Positions 28,307 to 37,704 are shown, numbered from the stretch's first letter. The stretch is DNA of 59,507 bases from an uncultured Bdellovibrionales bacterium (GCA_937927435.1 CALBDW010000143.1:1-59507), one strand, 5' to 3'. Notes: generated by a model from the sequence alone, not told the origin. Numbers and translations are program-made.

Positions 28307-28857
28307 TGGCCGAGCCCTCCGACGCCCGCGGCTCCCGCGCCTGGAATGCCCGGCACTCCCGGGATCGGGATCTCTTTCTTGTAATCGACGAAGTAAGAAG
28401 TAACCGTGTGGCGGATTTCTTTTCCGCCGCGGCTTTTGTAATAAACCGTCACGCTGACTTCCTTGACGGCTTCTTTGATGTATTTCGACATCGTGTCGAC
28501 GAGCATCAAAGTCATCTCGTTGGCGCCCCCCTCCTGGGCGGTCAGAACACCGCTTAAGTTCGGCATTTCGAACGGCTGCGATTTCATCGTCCAACGGTAG
28601 CCTGGGAATTTCACGCCGAAATCGCCCGCCTCCTCCTCCGGAATTTCGGAAACGGCTTTTTCTTTCGCCATGACCTCGTACTCGGTCATTTTCCGTTCAA
28701 GAAGCATCGCAATGTTGTTGTTGATGCGGGCATTTCGGACGCGGTTGAAGTTGCCGCTCCATGCGGTGGCGAGCACCATGACAGCGCCGCTCATGATCAG
28801 CGTCGCCACAAGCACTTCGAGCAAGGTGAAGCCGAGGTCTCCGGTCCCGCGTCTCAT
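28303..28857 (-). CDS. gspI: Minor pseudopilin GspI
   Basis: DLG/FTLLEVLVATLIM methylation motif; ATGA overlap with gspH. Confidence 0.9.
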   Translation of the reverse strand: MRRGTGDLGFTLLEVLVATLIMSGAVMVLATAWSGNFNRVRNARINNNIAMLLERKMTEYEVMAKEKAVSEIPEEEAGDFGVKFPGYRWTMKSQPFEMPNLSGVLTAQEGGANEMTLMLVDTMSKYIKEAVKEVSVTVYYKSRGGKEIRHTVTSYFVDYKKEIPIPGVPGIPGAGAAGVGGLGQ

Positions 28858-29471
28858 TGCCCTTGAATCTCCTTAAGCGAAACTTTCCGCTCATAGACGT
28901 CGGCCCGTCCGGTCAGAGGATTGATCGCGATCGTCCAATGGTGGTTGTCTCCGCTTGCAAGATGGATCGCCGCCGCCTCGCTTAAGCCTTGCGGGAAGAA
29001 GTGAATGAAGGCCGCTCCGCTCGTGATGATTTCGGAGCGCGACGCCAGTTCGACGCTTTCGAAAATCAGTCCGCGCGGGAGCCGTTCGGGTTCTTTAAGG
29101 ATGCGCGTGTCCATTTCAAATCTCGTTTTCGGTTTTTCTTCACGGGCGAAGCTCGACAGGCGTTCGAGTTCTTTTTCCTGTTCTTCGGTGAGAATGGGGG
29201 CGTTGCCGGGCGCCGATTCGATCCAATAGCTGTGCCCCTTTTCATCGTTCATGCTGATCACGATGCGCATGGTGGAATTGGTGAGCCGGGCCAAATTCCG
29301 GACTTCGCGGGTCATAACGGCGATCCGGCGCACCGCCGTCCGCATCTGCGAACTGGAGCTGAATAAACGAGGGGCGCCGATTGCGAGGATTCCCGCAATG
29401 ATCGCGATAACAAGCATGACTTCAATCAGCGTGAATCCTTTCGCTGATTGTCTCAGACGTGAGGGTTGAAT
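28854..29471 (-). CDS. gspH: Minor pseudopilin GspH/FimT-like (start uncertain: ATT 29471 or TTG 29504)
   Basis: SAKG/FTLIEVMLVIAII; SD GGAGG sits 6 nt before the in-frame ATT at 29471. Confidence 0.88.
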   Translation of the reverse strand: MQPSRLRQSAKGFTLIEVMLVIAIIAGILAIGAPRLFSSSSQMRTAVRRIAVMTREVRNLARLTNSTMRIVISMNDEKGHSYWIESAPGNAPILTEEQEKELERLSSFAREEKPKTRFEMDTRILKEPERLPRGLIFESVELASRSEIITSGAAFIHFFPQGLSEAAAIHLASGDNHHWTIAINPLTGRADVYERKVSLKEIQGQ

Positions 29472-29513
29472 CGCGTGCCTCCATGCCGAATGTCGTAGCA
29501 GCAATAGCGTATC

Positions 29514-29563
29514 AAAAAATACTGAAGAATACAGGGGAATGCAGAAGAATACGGAAGAATAAA
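29514..29563. repeat. Five imperfect 10-nt tandem repeats
   Basis: AAAAAATACT GAAGAATACA GGGGAATGCA GAAGAATACG GAAGAATAAA. Confidence 0.8.
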
Positions 29564-29585
29564 GGTCCGAGGTGGGATTGGGAAA

Positions 29586-29616
29586 GAGGGGAACGTTCGG
29601 CCGAAGCGTTCCCCTC
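29586..29616 (-). terminator. Strong hairpin immediately 3' of gspG
   Basis: Perfect 10-bp stem GAGGGGAACG/CGTTCCCCTC; only a weak UUUCCC tail. Confidence 0.65.
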
Positions 29617-29623
29617 AGAGAAC

Positions 29624-30088
29624 TTATTCGTCCAAAGTGATGTCTTTGTTGACGCCGGTTCCGCCCGGTCTCTTATCGGCTCCATGCGACATGAGCGTGA
29701 AGCGGGTGCCGTCGGATTCGTAGATAAAGTCGTTGCCCCAGCGGTCTTTCAACTGGCTTTTCTTCAAGTAGGGGTCCGGACCCCAGTTCGGGCAGACGTC
29801 GCTGCCCGGATCTTCAACAAGAGCCATCAGGCCTTGTTCGGTCGTCGGATAGGAATTGCACGCCAAGTTGTAAGCTTCGAGTTGTTTGGCGATTTCGCGC
29901 ATGGCGATCTTCGTCTGTTCGATTTGCGACTTCCGGTATTGGTTCATCGCGGTGGTGCCGAGAACTCCGATGAGACCGGCCAGGATCGCCATCACGATCA
30001 TGATCTCGATGAGGGTCATACCGCGCTGGTCGCGGCCTTTTTTCATCAATTCGTTCAATTTTGCAAATCGTGCCATCCGCATTCTCAA
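29624..30088 (-). CDS. gspG: Major pseudopilin GspG
   Basis: DQRG/MTLIEIMIVMAIL; YPTTEQGLMALV; DRWGNDFIY; SHGADKRPGG. Confidence 0.96.
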   Translation of the reverse strand: MRMRMARFAKLNELMKKGRDQRGMTLIEIMIVMAILAGLIGVLGTTAMNQYRKSQIEQTKIAMREIAKQLEAYNLACNSYPTTEQGLMALVEDPGSDVCPNWGPDPYLKKSQLKDRWGNDFIYESDGTRFTLMSHGADKRPGGTGVNKDITLDE

Positions 30089-30102
30089 CTCCTCATTGAC
30101 CT

Positions 30103-31320
30103 CTACCGGCTTCCGAGATTCGCCATTTCAAACATGGGAACCATGATGGAAAACACAATGACTCCGATCACTCCGCCCATCATAATAATCATGACGGGCT
30201 CAAGCAAGGCGGTCAAACCGCTGATCTGAGTTTTAACTTGAAAATCATAACTATCGCTGACTTGCGTCAGCATGTTTTCAAGCTCGCCTGTTTTCTCGCC
30301 GATGTTAATCATGTGGGTCACGATGGGAGGAAATTGCCCAGATCGCTTCAATGGAAGCGCTATGGATTCACCCTCGCTAATATTGTTCCTGGCTTCTTCA
30401 ATCGCGGAGGCCAAGACGCTGTTGCCCACGACGTTCTTGACGATATCCATGGCTTGAAGCATCGGAACGCCGCCGGTCAGCAACGTGGCGAGTGTACGGG
30501 TAAACCGGGATACGGCGATCATCCGCGCGAGTTTACCGACGATTGGAGTTTTGAGCACAATTTTGTCCCAAGTTTTCGAGCCTGATTCGGAGTTTTTCCA
30601 GTTTCGGAAGAGGAAGACGGAGCCGACGATACCGATCAGGATGGCCCACCAGTAGTTCACCATGAACCCTGAAATTCCGATCACCAACTGGGTATACCAG
30701 GGGAGTTCGAGTTCGGCGCTCTCGAAGACCGCCTGCATTTTCGGGATCACGAAGATGAACATCACAGCGAGCATGATGTTGACGAAAATCACCATGATCA
30801 CCGGATAGAGCATCGCTGATTTGATTTTCGCATTCAGTTCGTTCTCAGCTTCGGTGAATTCGGCGAGCCTCAGTAGGATGACGTCAAGGGTACCCGAAGC
30901 TTCGCCGGCCTCGCACATCGTGACGTAAATCTTGTTAAAGATCTTCGGGTATTTTTGCAGGCCCTTGTGGAAAGCGGCGCCTTCGTTGACCATGTTTTTG
31001 ATGTCCGCGACCGCTTCACGCAGGGTCGGGTTTTCTACCTGGTCCGCGACCGCCGTCAGCGATTCGACGAGTGGAATGTTCGCCTTAAGCAGGGTGGCGA
31101 GCTGTCTCGTCATGGCGGCGCGGTCTTGCACGCTGACGCCGCCCGACGTGGAGATCTTTTTCCGGGCCGTCTGTTTGGCTTTTGCCTTATCGCGCAGCTC
31201 GACGACGAAGATACCTTCCTTCTTGAGCTTCGCGCGCGCGTTCCGGATGTTGTCGGCATCGATCGTGGAGCGTACGGTTTTACCCGACTGAGTGATGCCT
31301 TTGTACTCGAATAACGGCAT
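30103..31320 (-). CDS. gspF: Type II secretion inner-membrane platform protein F
   Basis: TRQLATLLKANIPL, GEASGTLD, SAMLYP, GEKTGELE, LLEP. Confidence 0.97.
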   Translation of the reverse strand: MPLFEYKGITQSGKTVRSTIDADNIRNARAKLKKEGIFVVELRDKAKAKQTARKKISTSGGVSVQDRAAMTRQLATLLKANIPLVESLTAVADQVENPTLREAVADIKNMVNEGAAFHKGLQKYPKIFNKIYVTMCEAGEASGTLDVILLRLAEFTEAENELNAKIKSAMLYPVIMVIFVNIMLAVMFIFVIPKMQAVFESAELELPWYTQLVIGISGFMVNYWWAILIGIVGSVFLFRNWKNSESGSKTWDKIVLKTPIVGKLARMIAVSRFTRTLATLLTGGVPMLQAMDIVKNVVGNSVLASAIEEARNNISEGESIALPLKRSGQFPPIVTHMINIGEKTGELENMLTQVSDSYDFQVKTQISGLTALLEPVMIIMMGGVIGVIVFSIMVPMFEMANLGSR

Positions 31321-31323
31321 TGC

Positions 31324-33018
31324 TTAGAGATCCACCTGCGTATTGCTTAGAACTTCTTCAATCGTCGTAATGCCTTTCAGTACTTTCTCGATACCATGTT
31401 CGCGGAAGGTTTTCATCCCTTGCGCGATCGCGGCCTTTTTGATCGTTCCGCCGTCCTTCCTCTGCATGATCAGGCTGCGGATTTCCTCGTTCACCATGAG
31501 GAGTTCTTGAATCAGCGTCCGGCCGAGATAACCTTTGCCGTTGCAATGCTCGCAGCCCACGGCTCGGTGGATGTCGCCCCCCTCGATGTCGGCTCTCGTG
31601 AGCCCGAGCGAGGAGAGTTCGAAGTCGGTCGGTTTATATGGCGCCTTACAGTGCGGGCAGAGGACGCGTACGAGCCGCTGGGCGATTACGCCCATGAGCG
31701 ACGTCGCGATGAGGAACGGCTCACATCCGAAGTCGATAAGACGCGGGAAGGCGCCCGCCGCATCGTTCGTGTGTAGTGTGCTCAAGACCAAGTGACCCGT
31801 TAAGCTCGCGCTGATGGCGAGTTCCGTCGTTTCGAGGTCGCGGATCTCACCGATCATGATGATATCGGGGTCCTGACGTAGGAACGCGCGCAAGCCCGCC
31901 GCGAAGGTGAGTCCGATCTTCGAATTCACCTGCACCTGACCGATCCCGTGAATCCTCTGTTCCACCGGGTCTTCGATGGTGAGGATGTTCACGGACGGGT
32001 GGTTCAGCTTCGAAAGACACGCGTAGAGCGTCGTCGATTTACCCGAACCCGTCGGGCCTGTGACGAGCAGAATGCCGTAGGAACGCTGGAGCAAGTCGTT
32101 GTTGAGCTTGTCGAGGCTGTCCTCGGAGAAACCGAGCTGCTCGAGCTGTAGAATGACGTTCGAGCGGTCCTGCAGACGCAAGACGAGGCGCTCGCCGAAC
32201 GCGGTCGGCACGCAGTTGAGACGGATATCGATGTCTTTACCGCCCACTTTGAGCGGGATCCGTCCGTCTTGCGGCAAACGTTTTTCGGCGATGTTGAGGT
32301 TCCCCATCACCTTGATCCTCGAGGTGATGGCGTTTTGGAGTTTCTTCGGCGGTTTAAAGACGTCAAAGAGCACGCCGTCGATACGGAACCGCACGACCAT
32401 GTCTTTCTCGTACGGCTCGATATGAATATCCGACGCCTTTTCTTTCACGGCGCGGAAGAGCAGGGTGTTCACCAGCTTGATCACCGGAGCGTCGTCTTCT
32501 CCGGCTTCAAGGAGGTCGATGATCGGCTCGTCCAGGTCGTAATCTTCCTCTTCGATGTCGTCGAGTCCTTGGAGAGCTGCGGTGCTCTTTTCGTAAACCC
32601 GGTTGATCGCTTCGATCAGCCGGTTCTTCGTCGTCATCATCGGCACGGTCCGCTTCTTGAAAAGCACGCGCAGATCGTCGAGGATCCGCGTGTTGAGCGG
32701 ATTCGTGGTGAGAATAATGACTTGGGTCGCTTCTTCCTTGAAGGGGAGGATTTCGTGTTTCTTGGCGTAGTTGATCGGAATATTGCTGATCAGGTCGATC
32801 GGGATCTCTGCGATGGGGATGTCTTTCAAATAGGGGATCCCCATCCGCGAGCAAAGCTCGCTCAGAAGGTCGTCGACCGAGCTGCTTTCCTTCGGTGCCA
32901 GGCAGTCGCGGAGCGTGCCGCCCCCTTCAAGCGAGAGCGAAAGAAGGCTGTCCAGTTGCTCTTGAGTGAGACTGGTGTTCTTTAAGAGAACGCTGTCGAG
33001 TTGTTGCACGCTCGCCAA
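31324..33018 (-). CDS. gspE: Type II secretion ATPase E
   Basis: ASDIHIEP, GPTGSGKSTTLY, LRQDPDIIMIGEIRD, GHLVLSTLH, tetra-Cys CPHC...CEHC. Confidence 0.98.
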   Translation of the reverse strand: MASVQQLDSVLLKNTSLTQEQLDSLLSLSLEGGGTLRDCLAPKESSSVDDLLSELCSRMGIPYLKDIPIAEIPIDLISNIPINYAKKHEILPFKEEATQVIILTTNPLNTRILDDLRVLFKKRTVPMMTTKNRLIEAINRVYEKSTAALQGLDDIEEEDYDLDEPIIDLLEAGEDDAPVIKLVNTLLFRAVKEKASDIHIEPYEKDMVVRFRIDGVLFDVFKPPKKLQNAITSRIKVMGNLNIAEKRLPQDGRIPLKVGGKDIDIRLNCVPTAFGERLVLRLQDRSNVILQLEQLGFSEDSLDKLNNDLLQRSYGILLVTGPTGSGKSTTLYACLSKLNHPSVNILTIEDPVEQRIHGIGQVQVNSKIGLTFAAGLRAFLRQDPDIIMIGEIRDLETTELAISASLTGHLVLSTLHTNDAAGAFPRLIDFGCEPFLIATSLMGVIAQRLVRVLCPHCKAPYKPTDFELSSLGLTRADIEGGDIHRAVGCEHCNGKGYLGRTLIQELLMVNEEIRSLIMQRKDGGTIKKAAIAQGMKTFREHGIEKVLKGITTIEEVLSNTQVDL

Positions 33019-33034
33019 CTCCTTTCCCTCCCAA

Positions 33035-35497
33035 TCAGTTCGTTTTCGTCGGGACCGCAGGTTCCGCCGGCGTCACCGTTTCGTCGTCCGTTTTCGACGT
33101 GCGCGGAAGTTTGTCGATGTTGCTGCCGTACGGGTCGCGGCCGTCGAAGTTCTTCTTAATCCATTCGATGCGGTCGTTCACGGTCCGGGTCAGGTTCTGG
33201 TGACTGTCGGCCACGTTGCGGATAATTCTCGGGGTTAAGAATACCACAAGATTGACCTTATTTGTCTCAACTCTCTTTGACTTGAAGAGCCATCCTAAGA
33301 TCGGAATGTCGCCGAGGAGGGGGATTTTCTTCTCTTCAACGGTGTCTTCGTCGCGCACCAGACCCCCGAGGACCGCCGTATCACCATTATTCACGGTGAT
33401 ATTCGACTTGATCACGCGCGTGGAGACCCCGGCGGCGTTCTTCGCCAGGTTCTCGGCCGGGACGACTTTCTTCGAGAGCTGTTTCACGCTCTGTTCGACT
33501 TTGAGTCGCACGATCTCCGAATCCGGCCGGATCGAGGGTGTGATCTTGAGCTTGATCGTCGCGTCCTCGAAGCGGGGAGTCATCGCCGTCATGCCCGTCG
33601 TCGTGACGTTCTGATCGATCCCGACCGGCATCTTGTCACCCACCTCGATTTCGGCTTCTTCGTTGTCCTGAGCGAGGATTCGGGGCGTGGAGAGAACGTT
33701 CGTCTCCGTCGTGGACTGGATCAAGTTGATAAAGGAGATGAGGTTGGGCACCTGCATCGTGCGGCCGCCGATATCGACTTCAACCGTCTTATTGCTACCG
33801 AAGCCGAGGATGACGCCCGAGTCGGTGACCGGGTTCAGGATCTTGGCGATGTCCGTCGTCACGAATCCTGTACGGCCGATGCCTTTGCCGTTTTCCGAAA
33901 AGCCGTAATAGTTCGGCTGCCAGGAGTCGTTCTTCATGCTGTTCATTTCCATGATGATCGCTTCTACGAACACCTGGTCTTTCGGAATATCGAGTTGCGA
34001 GAGGATCGTGAGGACTTTCTCGTAGTCCACTTTACTCGCCGTAATGACCAGCGAGTTCGTGTTCTTGTCCGCTGTGATTTTAACGTCGCCGCCGAAGATC
34101 GACTGTTGCGCCAGCGGGCTCACGGCCGCGCCGGGGCGTTGAAACCCGACTCCTCCGCTCGAAGGCCCCCCGGCAGGCGCTCCCACGGTCGCCGTTTGCG
34201 CGATGCCGGAGAGGGTCTGCGCGATCTTCTCGGCCTCGCCGAACTTCACGTAGTAGACGTAGACGCCCCCGGCTTCGGCCGGATCGAGTTTGTAGTCGAG
34301 CTTTTTGACGAGTTCGCGGACCTTGTTGATGCCGGCTTGGTTGCCCACCACGATGATGGCATTTGTGCGTTCATCGGGTGTCACGATGCTGAGTTCCTCG
34401 GGTGCGCTGGCGCCGGGCGAGCCGGGACGCGCGCGGAAACGGGGAACACCTGCGCCGAACGGCGGGGCGCCGGGGGCGCCGGAACCACGTCCAATAGACG
34501 TGTCTTTATTGATGATCTGGTTGATCAAGTCGGCCAGGTCTTTCGCACGCGCGTAGCGGATCGGAATGACCGCGAGTTGCTCTTCGAAGCCCGGGCGGTC
34601 GATCTCCTTGATGATTTTCATGATCCGTTCGACGTTCGAGCCGAAGTCCGTGATGATGAGAGTGTTGGTCGGTTCGTACGCCACGATCTCGCCGTCGCGT
34701 GATTGCAGGATCTTCAGGCGCCGGTTTACTTCTTCGGCCGAAGTGTGTTTCAAGTGGACGATCCGAGTGATCAAGAGGTCGGAGTTGGGGTAATAGTCGC
34801 CCGCATACGTGTCGATCGAGTCACGTTGTGCGAGACGCGTGCTCTTGACCTTCAGGAATTTCCCGTAGGGCACGACCGTGAGCTGGTTCACGGCGAGAGC
34901 GGCGAGGAACGCCTTCCACGCTTCGGCGACGGTGATTTTCGAAGGGGCGATAATGCTGATTTTGCCGCGCACTCCCGGGTCGATGATGAAATTCTTGCCG
35001 GTGAGTTGGCTCATCGCCTGAATCACGTCGGTGATGTCGGCGTTCGGGTAATCGAAGCTTTCGATCAAATCCGGATAGTTTTCGTTCGTAATGTCTTCGA
35101 TGCTCGCTTCCGAAATGTCGGGCACCTTTGCTTTTTTTTGCGTTTGAGCCGGCTTCACCGTGGGCACCGACGTGGTGGAGGAGCGGGACGGGCGCGACGC
35201 CCCGCCATTTTGCGGAGTCGGGAAGCGGCGGGTGCTGCCGCTATCGTCCGGCGGCGGTAAACCTGCCGGAGGATTAAAATCCGAGTCCGGAAGCGGAGGA
35301 GCCGGCGGTGGTGGCGGCGGCTCTACGGCCGGTTCAAACGTGCCGGGCATCATGTCGCCCTCAAACTCTTCGTCCGAAAAGAGTGCGTCTATGTCCTCCT
35401 CTTCTTGTGCGTAAATCCAACCGCTGTGAGGAGCGGGGAGAGTGAGCAAGAAGACGAGGGCTAATGTCAGTACGGCTCTTGGTTTGAGAGCTCCCAT
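33035..35497 (-). CDS. gspD: Type II secretion secretin D
   Basis: N0 (FDYPNADITDVIQAM), N1-N3 repeats, QVFVEAIIME, LGDIPILGWLFKS; ATG 35497 preferred over TTG 35599. Confidence 0.96.
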   Translation of the reverse strand: MGALKPRAVLTLALVFLLTLPAPHSGWIYAQEEEDIDALFSDEEFEGDMMPGTFEPAVEPPPPPPAPPLPDSDFNPPAGLPPPDDSGSTRRFPTPQNGGASRPSRSSTTSVPTVKPAQTQKKAKVPDISEASIEDITNENYPDLIESFDYPNADITDVIQAMSQLTGKNFIIDPGVRGKISIIAPSKITVAEAWKAFLAALAVNQLTVVPYGKFLKVKSTRLAQRDSIDTYAGDYYPNSDLLITRIVHLKHTSAEEVNRRLKILQSRDGEIVAYEPTNTLIITDFGSNVERIMKIIKEIDRPGFEEQLAVIPIRYARAKDLADLINQIINKDTSIGRGSGAPGAPPFGAGVPRFRARPGSPGASAPEELSIVTPDERTNAIIVVGNQAGINKVRELVKKLDYKLDPAEAGGVYVYYVKFGEAEKIAQTLSGIAQTATVGAPAGGPSSGGVGFQRPGAAVSPLAQQSIFGGDVKITADKNTNSLVITASKVDYEKVLTILSQLDIPKDQVFVEAIIMEMNSMKNDSWQPNYYGFSENGKGIGRTGFVTTDIAKILNPVTDSGVILGFGSNKTVEVDIGGRTMQVPNLISFINLIQSTTETNVLSTPRILAQDNEEAEIEVGDKMPVGIDQNVTTTGMTAMTPRFEDATIKLKITPSIRPDSEIVRLKVEQSVKQLSKKVVPAENLAKNAAGVSTRVIKSNITVNNGDTAVLGGLVRDEDTVEEKKIPLLGDIPILGWLFKSKRVETNKVNLVVFLTPRIIRNVADSHQNLTRTVNDRIEWIKKNFDGRDPYGSNIDKLPRTSKTDDETVTPAEPAVPTKTN

Positions 35498-35549
35498 ACG
35501 ATCCACCTTCCATCCTTGGTTGAGCGGGCTTCGGAGCCCGGCACATCCT

Positions 35550-36464
35550 CTATTGCGTAATCGTGTACTGGTTGTTGACGTCTTTTCCGTCTCGTTCAAA
35601 ACCCAAATTAATCGTTGTCGCGCTCGAACGAAGGGCGTTGTAAAGCTCCATCGCTTTCGCCGGGCTGTCGACGCGCTCGCCGTTCACCGACTTAATGCAA
35701 TCGCCGCGTCTTAGCCCCAGTTTTTCGTAAATCGAGCCTGACGCGATCTCGGCTAGCGCGAAGCACTCAATGGTGCCGCCAGGGCCCATCCGGGGAACGG
35801 CTCTCGCTTGTTGCAAAAGTTCGGGCAGATTGCTTGTCAGCCGGTTGATGTCCTGGCGTTTGAGTTCGAAATCGTGTTCGCTTTTCTGAAGAACTTCGCC
35901 GTTTTGAACCGGTCTTGCTTGCGTTTGCGCTTGCCCGAAGTTGATCCGCGATTCTTCTTTCAGTTCGACGAACTCGCGTCGGCCGGTCGCTTTGTTTCTA
36001 AAAACAACTTTCCGTCTCTCGATGGAGAGGACCGTACCGAGATCGTCGGGGATCACGCTATTCACTCTTACCGAATAGTCTTCGTTCTTGGATTTCACGT
36101 GAATCGTCGCGATCGAGCGCTCGGGATTCGCGTGCACGATCGTTCCGACGAGGTTGATTGCGAGATTCGTGGGAACGGGTTCCGGATCCTCCTCGGGCAT
36201 CGAGCCGGGGGTGCTTGCGTCGCTGCCTTCGCCGAGAGCGGGCGGAATTTTCCCGTCTGAATTAAAGATGTTGCGTTCTTTGATGACGGCAAGATAACCG
36301 CTGCTCGGGCGTTGTGGCGGCCGGGCTGGAGGTTGCGCGGGCGGGGGTTGCTGCGGATACAAGTCGCCGCGGACGAACATCAAGCCAAGATCGCCTAAAA
36401 ACAGCCCCAAAAGAACCAAGAGGGCGAATATCGACAGTTTCTCAACGGGCAGCTGTGACCTCAT
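35550..36464 (-). CDS. gspC: Type II secretion protein C with PDZ domain
   Basis: N-terminal TM, ERNIFNS, HR domain LVGTIV..., C-terminal PDZ (LGLRRGDCIKSVNG). Confidence 0.93.
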   Translation of the reverse strand: MRSQLPVEKLSIFALLVLLGLFLGDLGLMFVRGDLYPQQPPPAQPPARPPQRPSSGYLAVIKERNIFNSDGKIPPALGEGSDASTPGSMPEEDPEPVPTNLAINLVGTIVHANPERSIATIHVKSKNEDYSVRVNSVIPDDLGTVLSIERRKVVFRNKATGRREFVELKEESRINFGQAQTQARPVQNGEVLQKSEHDFELKRQDINRLTSNLPELLQQARAVPRMGPGGTIECFALAEIASGSIYEKLGLRRGDCIKSVNGERVDSPAKAMELYNALRSSATTINLGFERDGKDVNNQYTITQ

Positions 36465-36801
36465 GATGCCAGAATCTTCCCTCGTCGCTTCAATGTCCGC
36501 CGCTTAGGAAAACGCCACGAGCGCACCCAAGTCCTTGCCATCTCGAGAAAATTATCAATGCACTCGCAGCTCAATTGTAGCAGTCGCATCATCCGAATCG
36601 AAGAAATGATTTTTAACGCAGGACTCGCCTAAGGTTGGGGAGGGGATTCTGTGCGAAGCCGCCGACGACAGCCCGGCGCCTACGCCATTCTTTCAAACAG
36701 CTCTGAAATTTTCACAGACCGGGGTGACCATTTTCGTTTTCGTGCCAACCCTCAAAACCAATTTAATTGCATCCTGAAGTGGATTCGTCCGATTTGCCTT
36801 G

Positions 36802-36817
36802 TGGCACGCCTGTTGCT
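36802..36817 (+). promoter_or_regulatory. Sigma54 (-24/-12) promoter
   Basis: TGGCACG-CCTG-TTGCT exactly matches TGGCACG-N4-TTGCW; intergenic, about 160 nt upstream of ATG 36976. Confidence 0.8.
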
Positions 36818-36975
36818 TTCGACGGGTTTTGAGTGCCCAATTTCGTCACTTAAACGGGTCGAGTCGATTTCGCTTGAAATCGAAATCGGAGGCTTGTGTG
36901 GGCGGCGGGAAAGGGTGCTTGTCAGGGAATTGGAAAACAAACTTAAACGAGACGCGGAAGTCGGGGGAAAGAAAA

Positions 36976-37704
36976 ATGACGAAGCGGGCAGTGGTTTTCG
37001 CAGGCAGAAACGGTTTAGATTTCATTGATTTACGGATGAGTGTTATTCGAATTCCTGAAGTGTCCTTGCGAATCCGTCAAGCCCAGTCGGTCTTCGATTC
37101 TTTGGGTTTACAAAAGAGCGTTAACCTGATGTCTCTAATCACGGCCGACGATGAACAGTTCTTCCGAAATATCGGGCTGAAAGGTCTGCTGGCTGCGATC
37201 GTTCAAGTCGGCCTTTACGACCGTTATCTGAGAACGCAGCGGGCTTCCGACTTCCTCGTCGGGAATACTAACGGCGACTCGGCGTTGCTGGTGGCCGCGG
37301 GTAAACTGAGCTTCGAGGAGATGATCAGGACTTCGCAAGCGGTTACAGCCTTACGTCCAGTTGAACCAGTTCAGCCTGTCGTGGCTCAACCGGTTCCGAT
37401 TTTGAGCGGTCTTTCGCTTACGGAGTACGGAGCCTTTGTGTCGACGACGAACGACCAGGGGATGAGAATTTACGAGCCGTTTAAGAGCACGTCGATGGAT
37501 CTCAAGAGCATCGTCTCGTCGCTTCACATCGATAACGGCGTTGAACTCTTCATCAATATCGGTCCGGCGAGCGCTCTCCGGGTTTCTGATTACCGCATGA
37601 TCGGTACCGGAGACCTCGAAGCCCTCGACTCGATCGAGCTCGATCCGATGCTGACTTGGTTTTGGAACGAGCTCGAGAACTTGAAAACCGGCACGTTGAA
37701 TTGA
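36976..37704 (+). CDS. FabD/acyltransferase-like protein with degenerate active site
   Basis: AVVFAGRNG (cf. FPGQG), DFLVGNTNGDSALLVAAGKLSFEE (cf. GHSLGEY.ALVAAG.LSFED), LFINIGP (cf. FVEVGP); SD GGGGGA before ATG 36976. Confidence 0.7.
   Translation: MTKRAVVFAGRNGLDFIDLRMSVIRIPEVSLRIRQAQSVFDSLGLQKSVNLMSLITADDEQFFRNIGLKGLLAAIVQVGLYDRYLRTQRASDFLVGNTNGDSALLVAAGKLSFEEMIRTSQAVTALRPVEPVQPVVAQPVPILSGLSLTEYGAFVSTTNDQGMRIYEPFKSTSMDLKSIVSSLHIDNGVELFINIGPASALRVSDYRMIGTGDLEALDSIELDPMLTWFWNELENLKTGTLN

Noticed and set aside
28307-28594. gspJ frame stays open about 96 codons upstream, through gspI
   Set aside because: The extension is not protein-like, and the GTGA overlap at 28303-28306 gives a normal prepilin leader.
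36799-36975. 59-aa Cys/Arg-rich N-terminal extension of the FabD-like ORF
   Set aside because: It begins inside the sigma54 promoter, upstream of the predicted TSS; ATG 36976 has a good SD.
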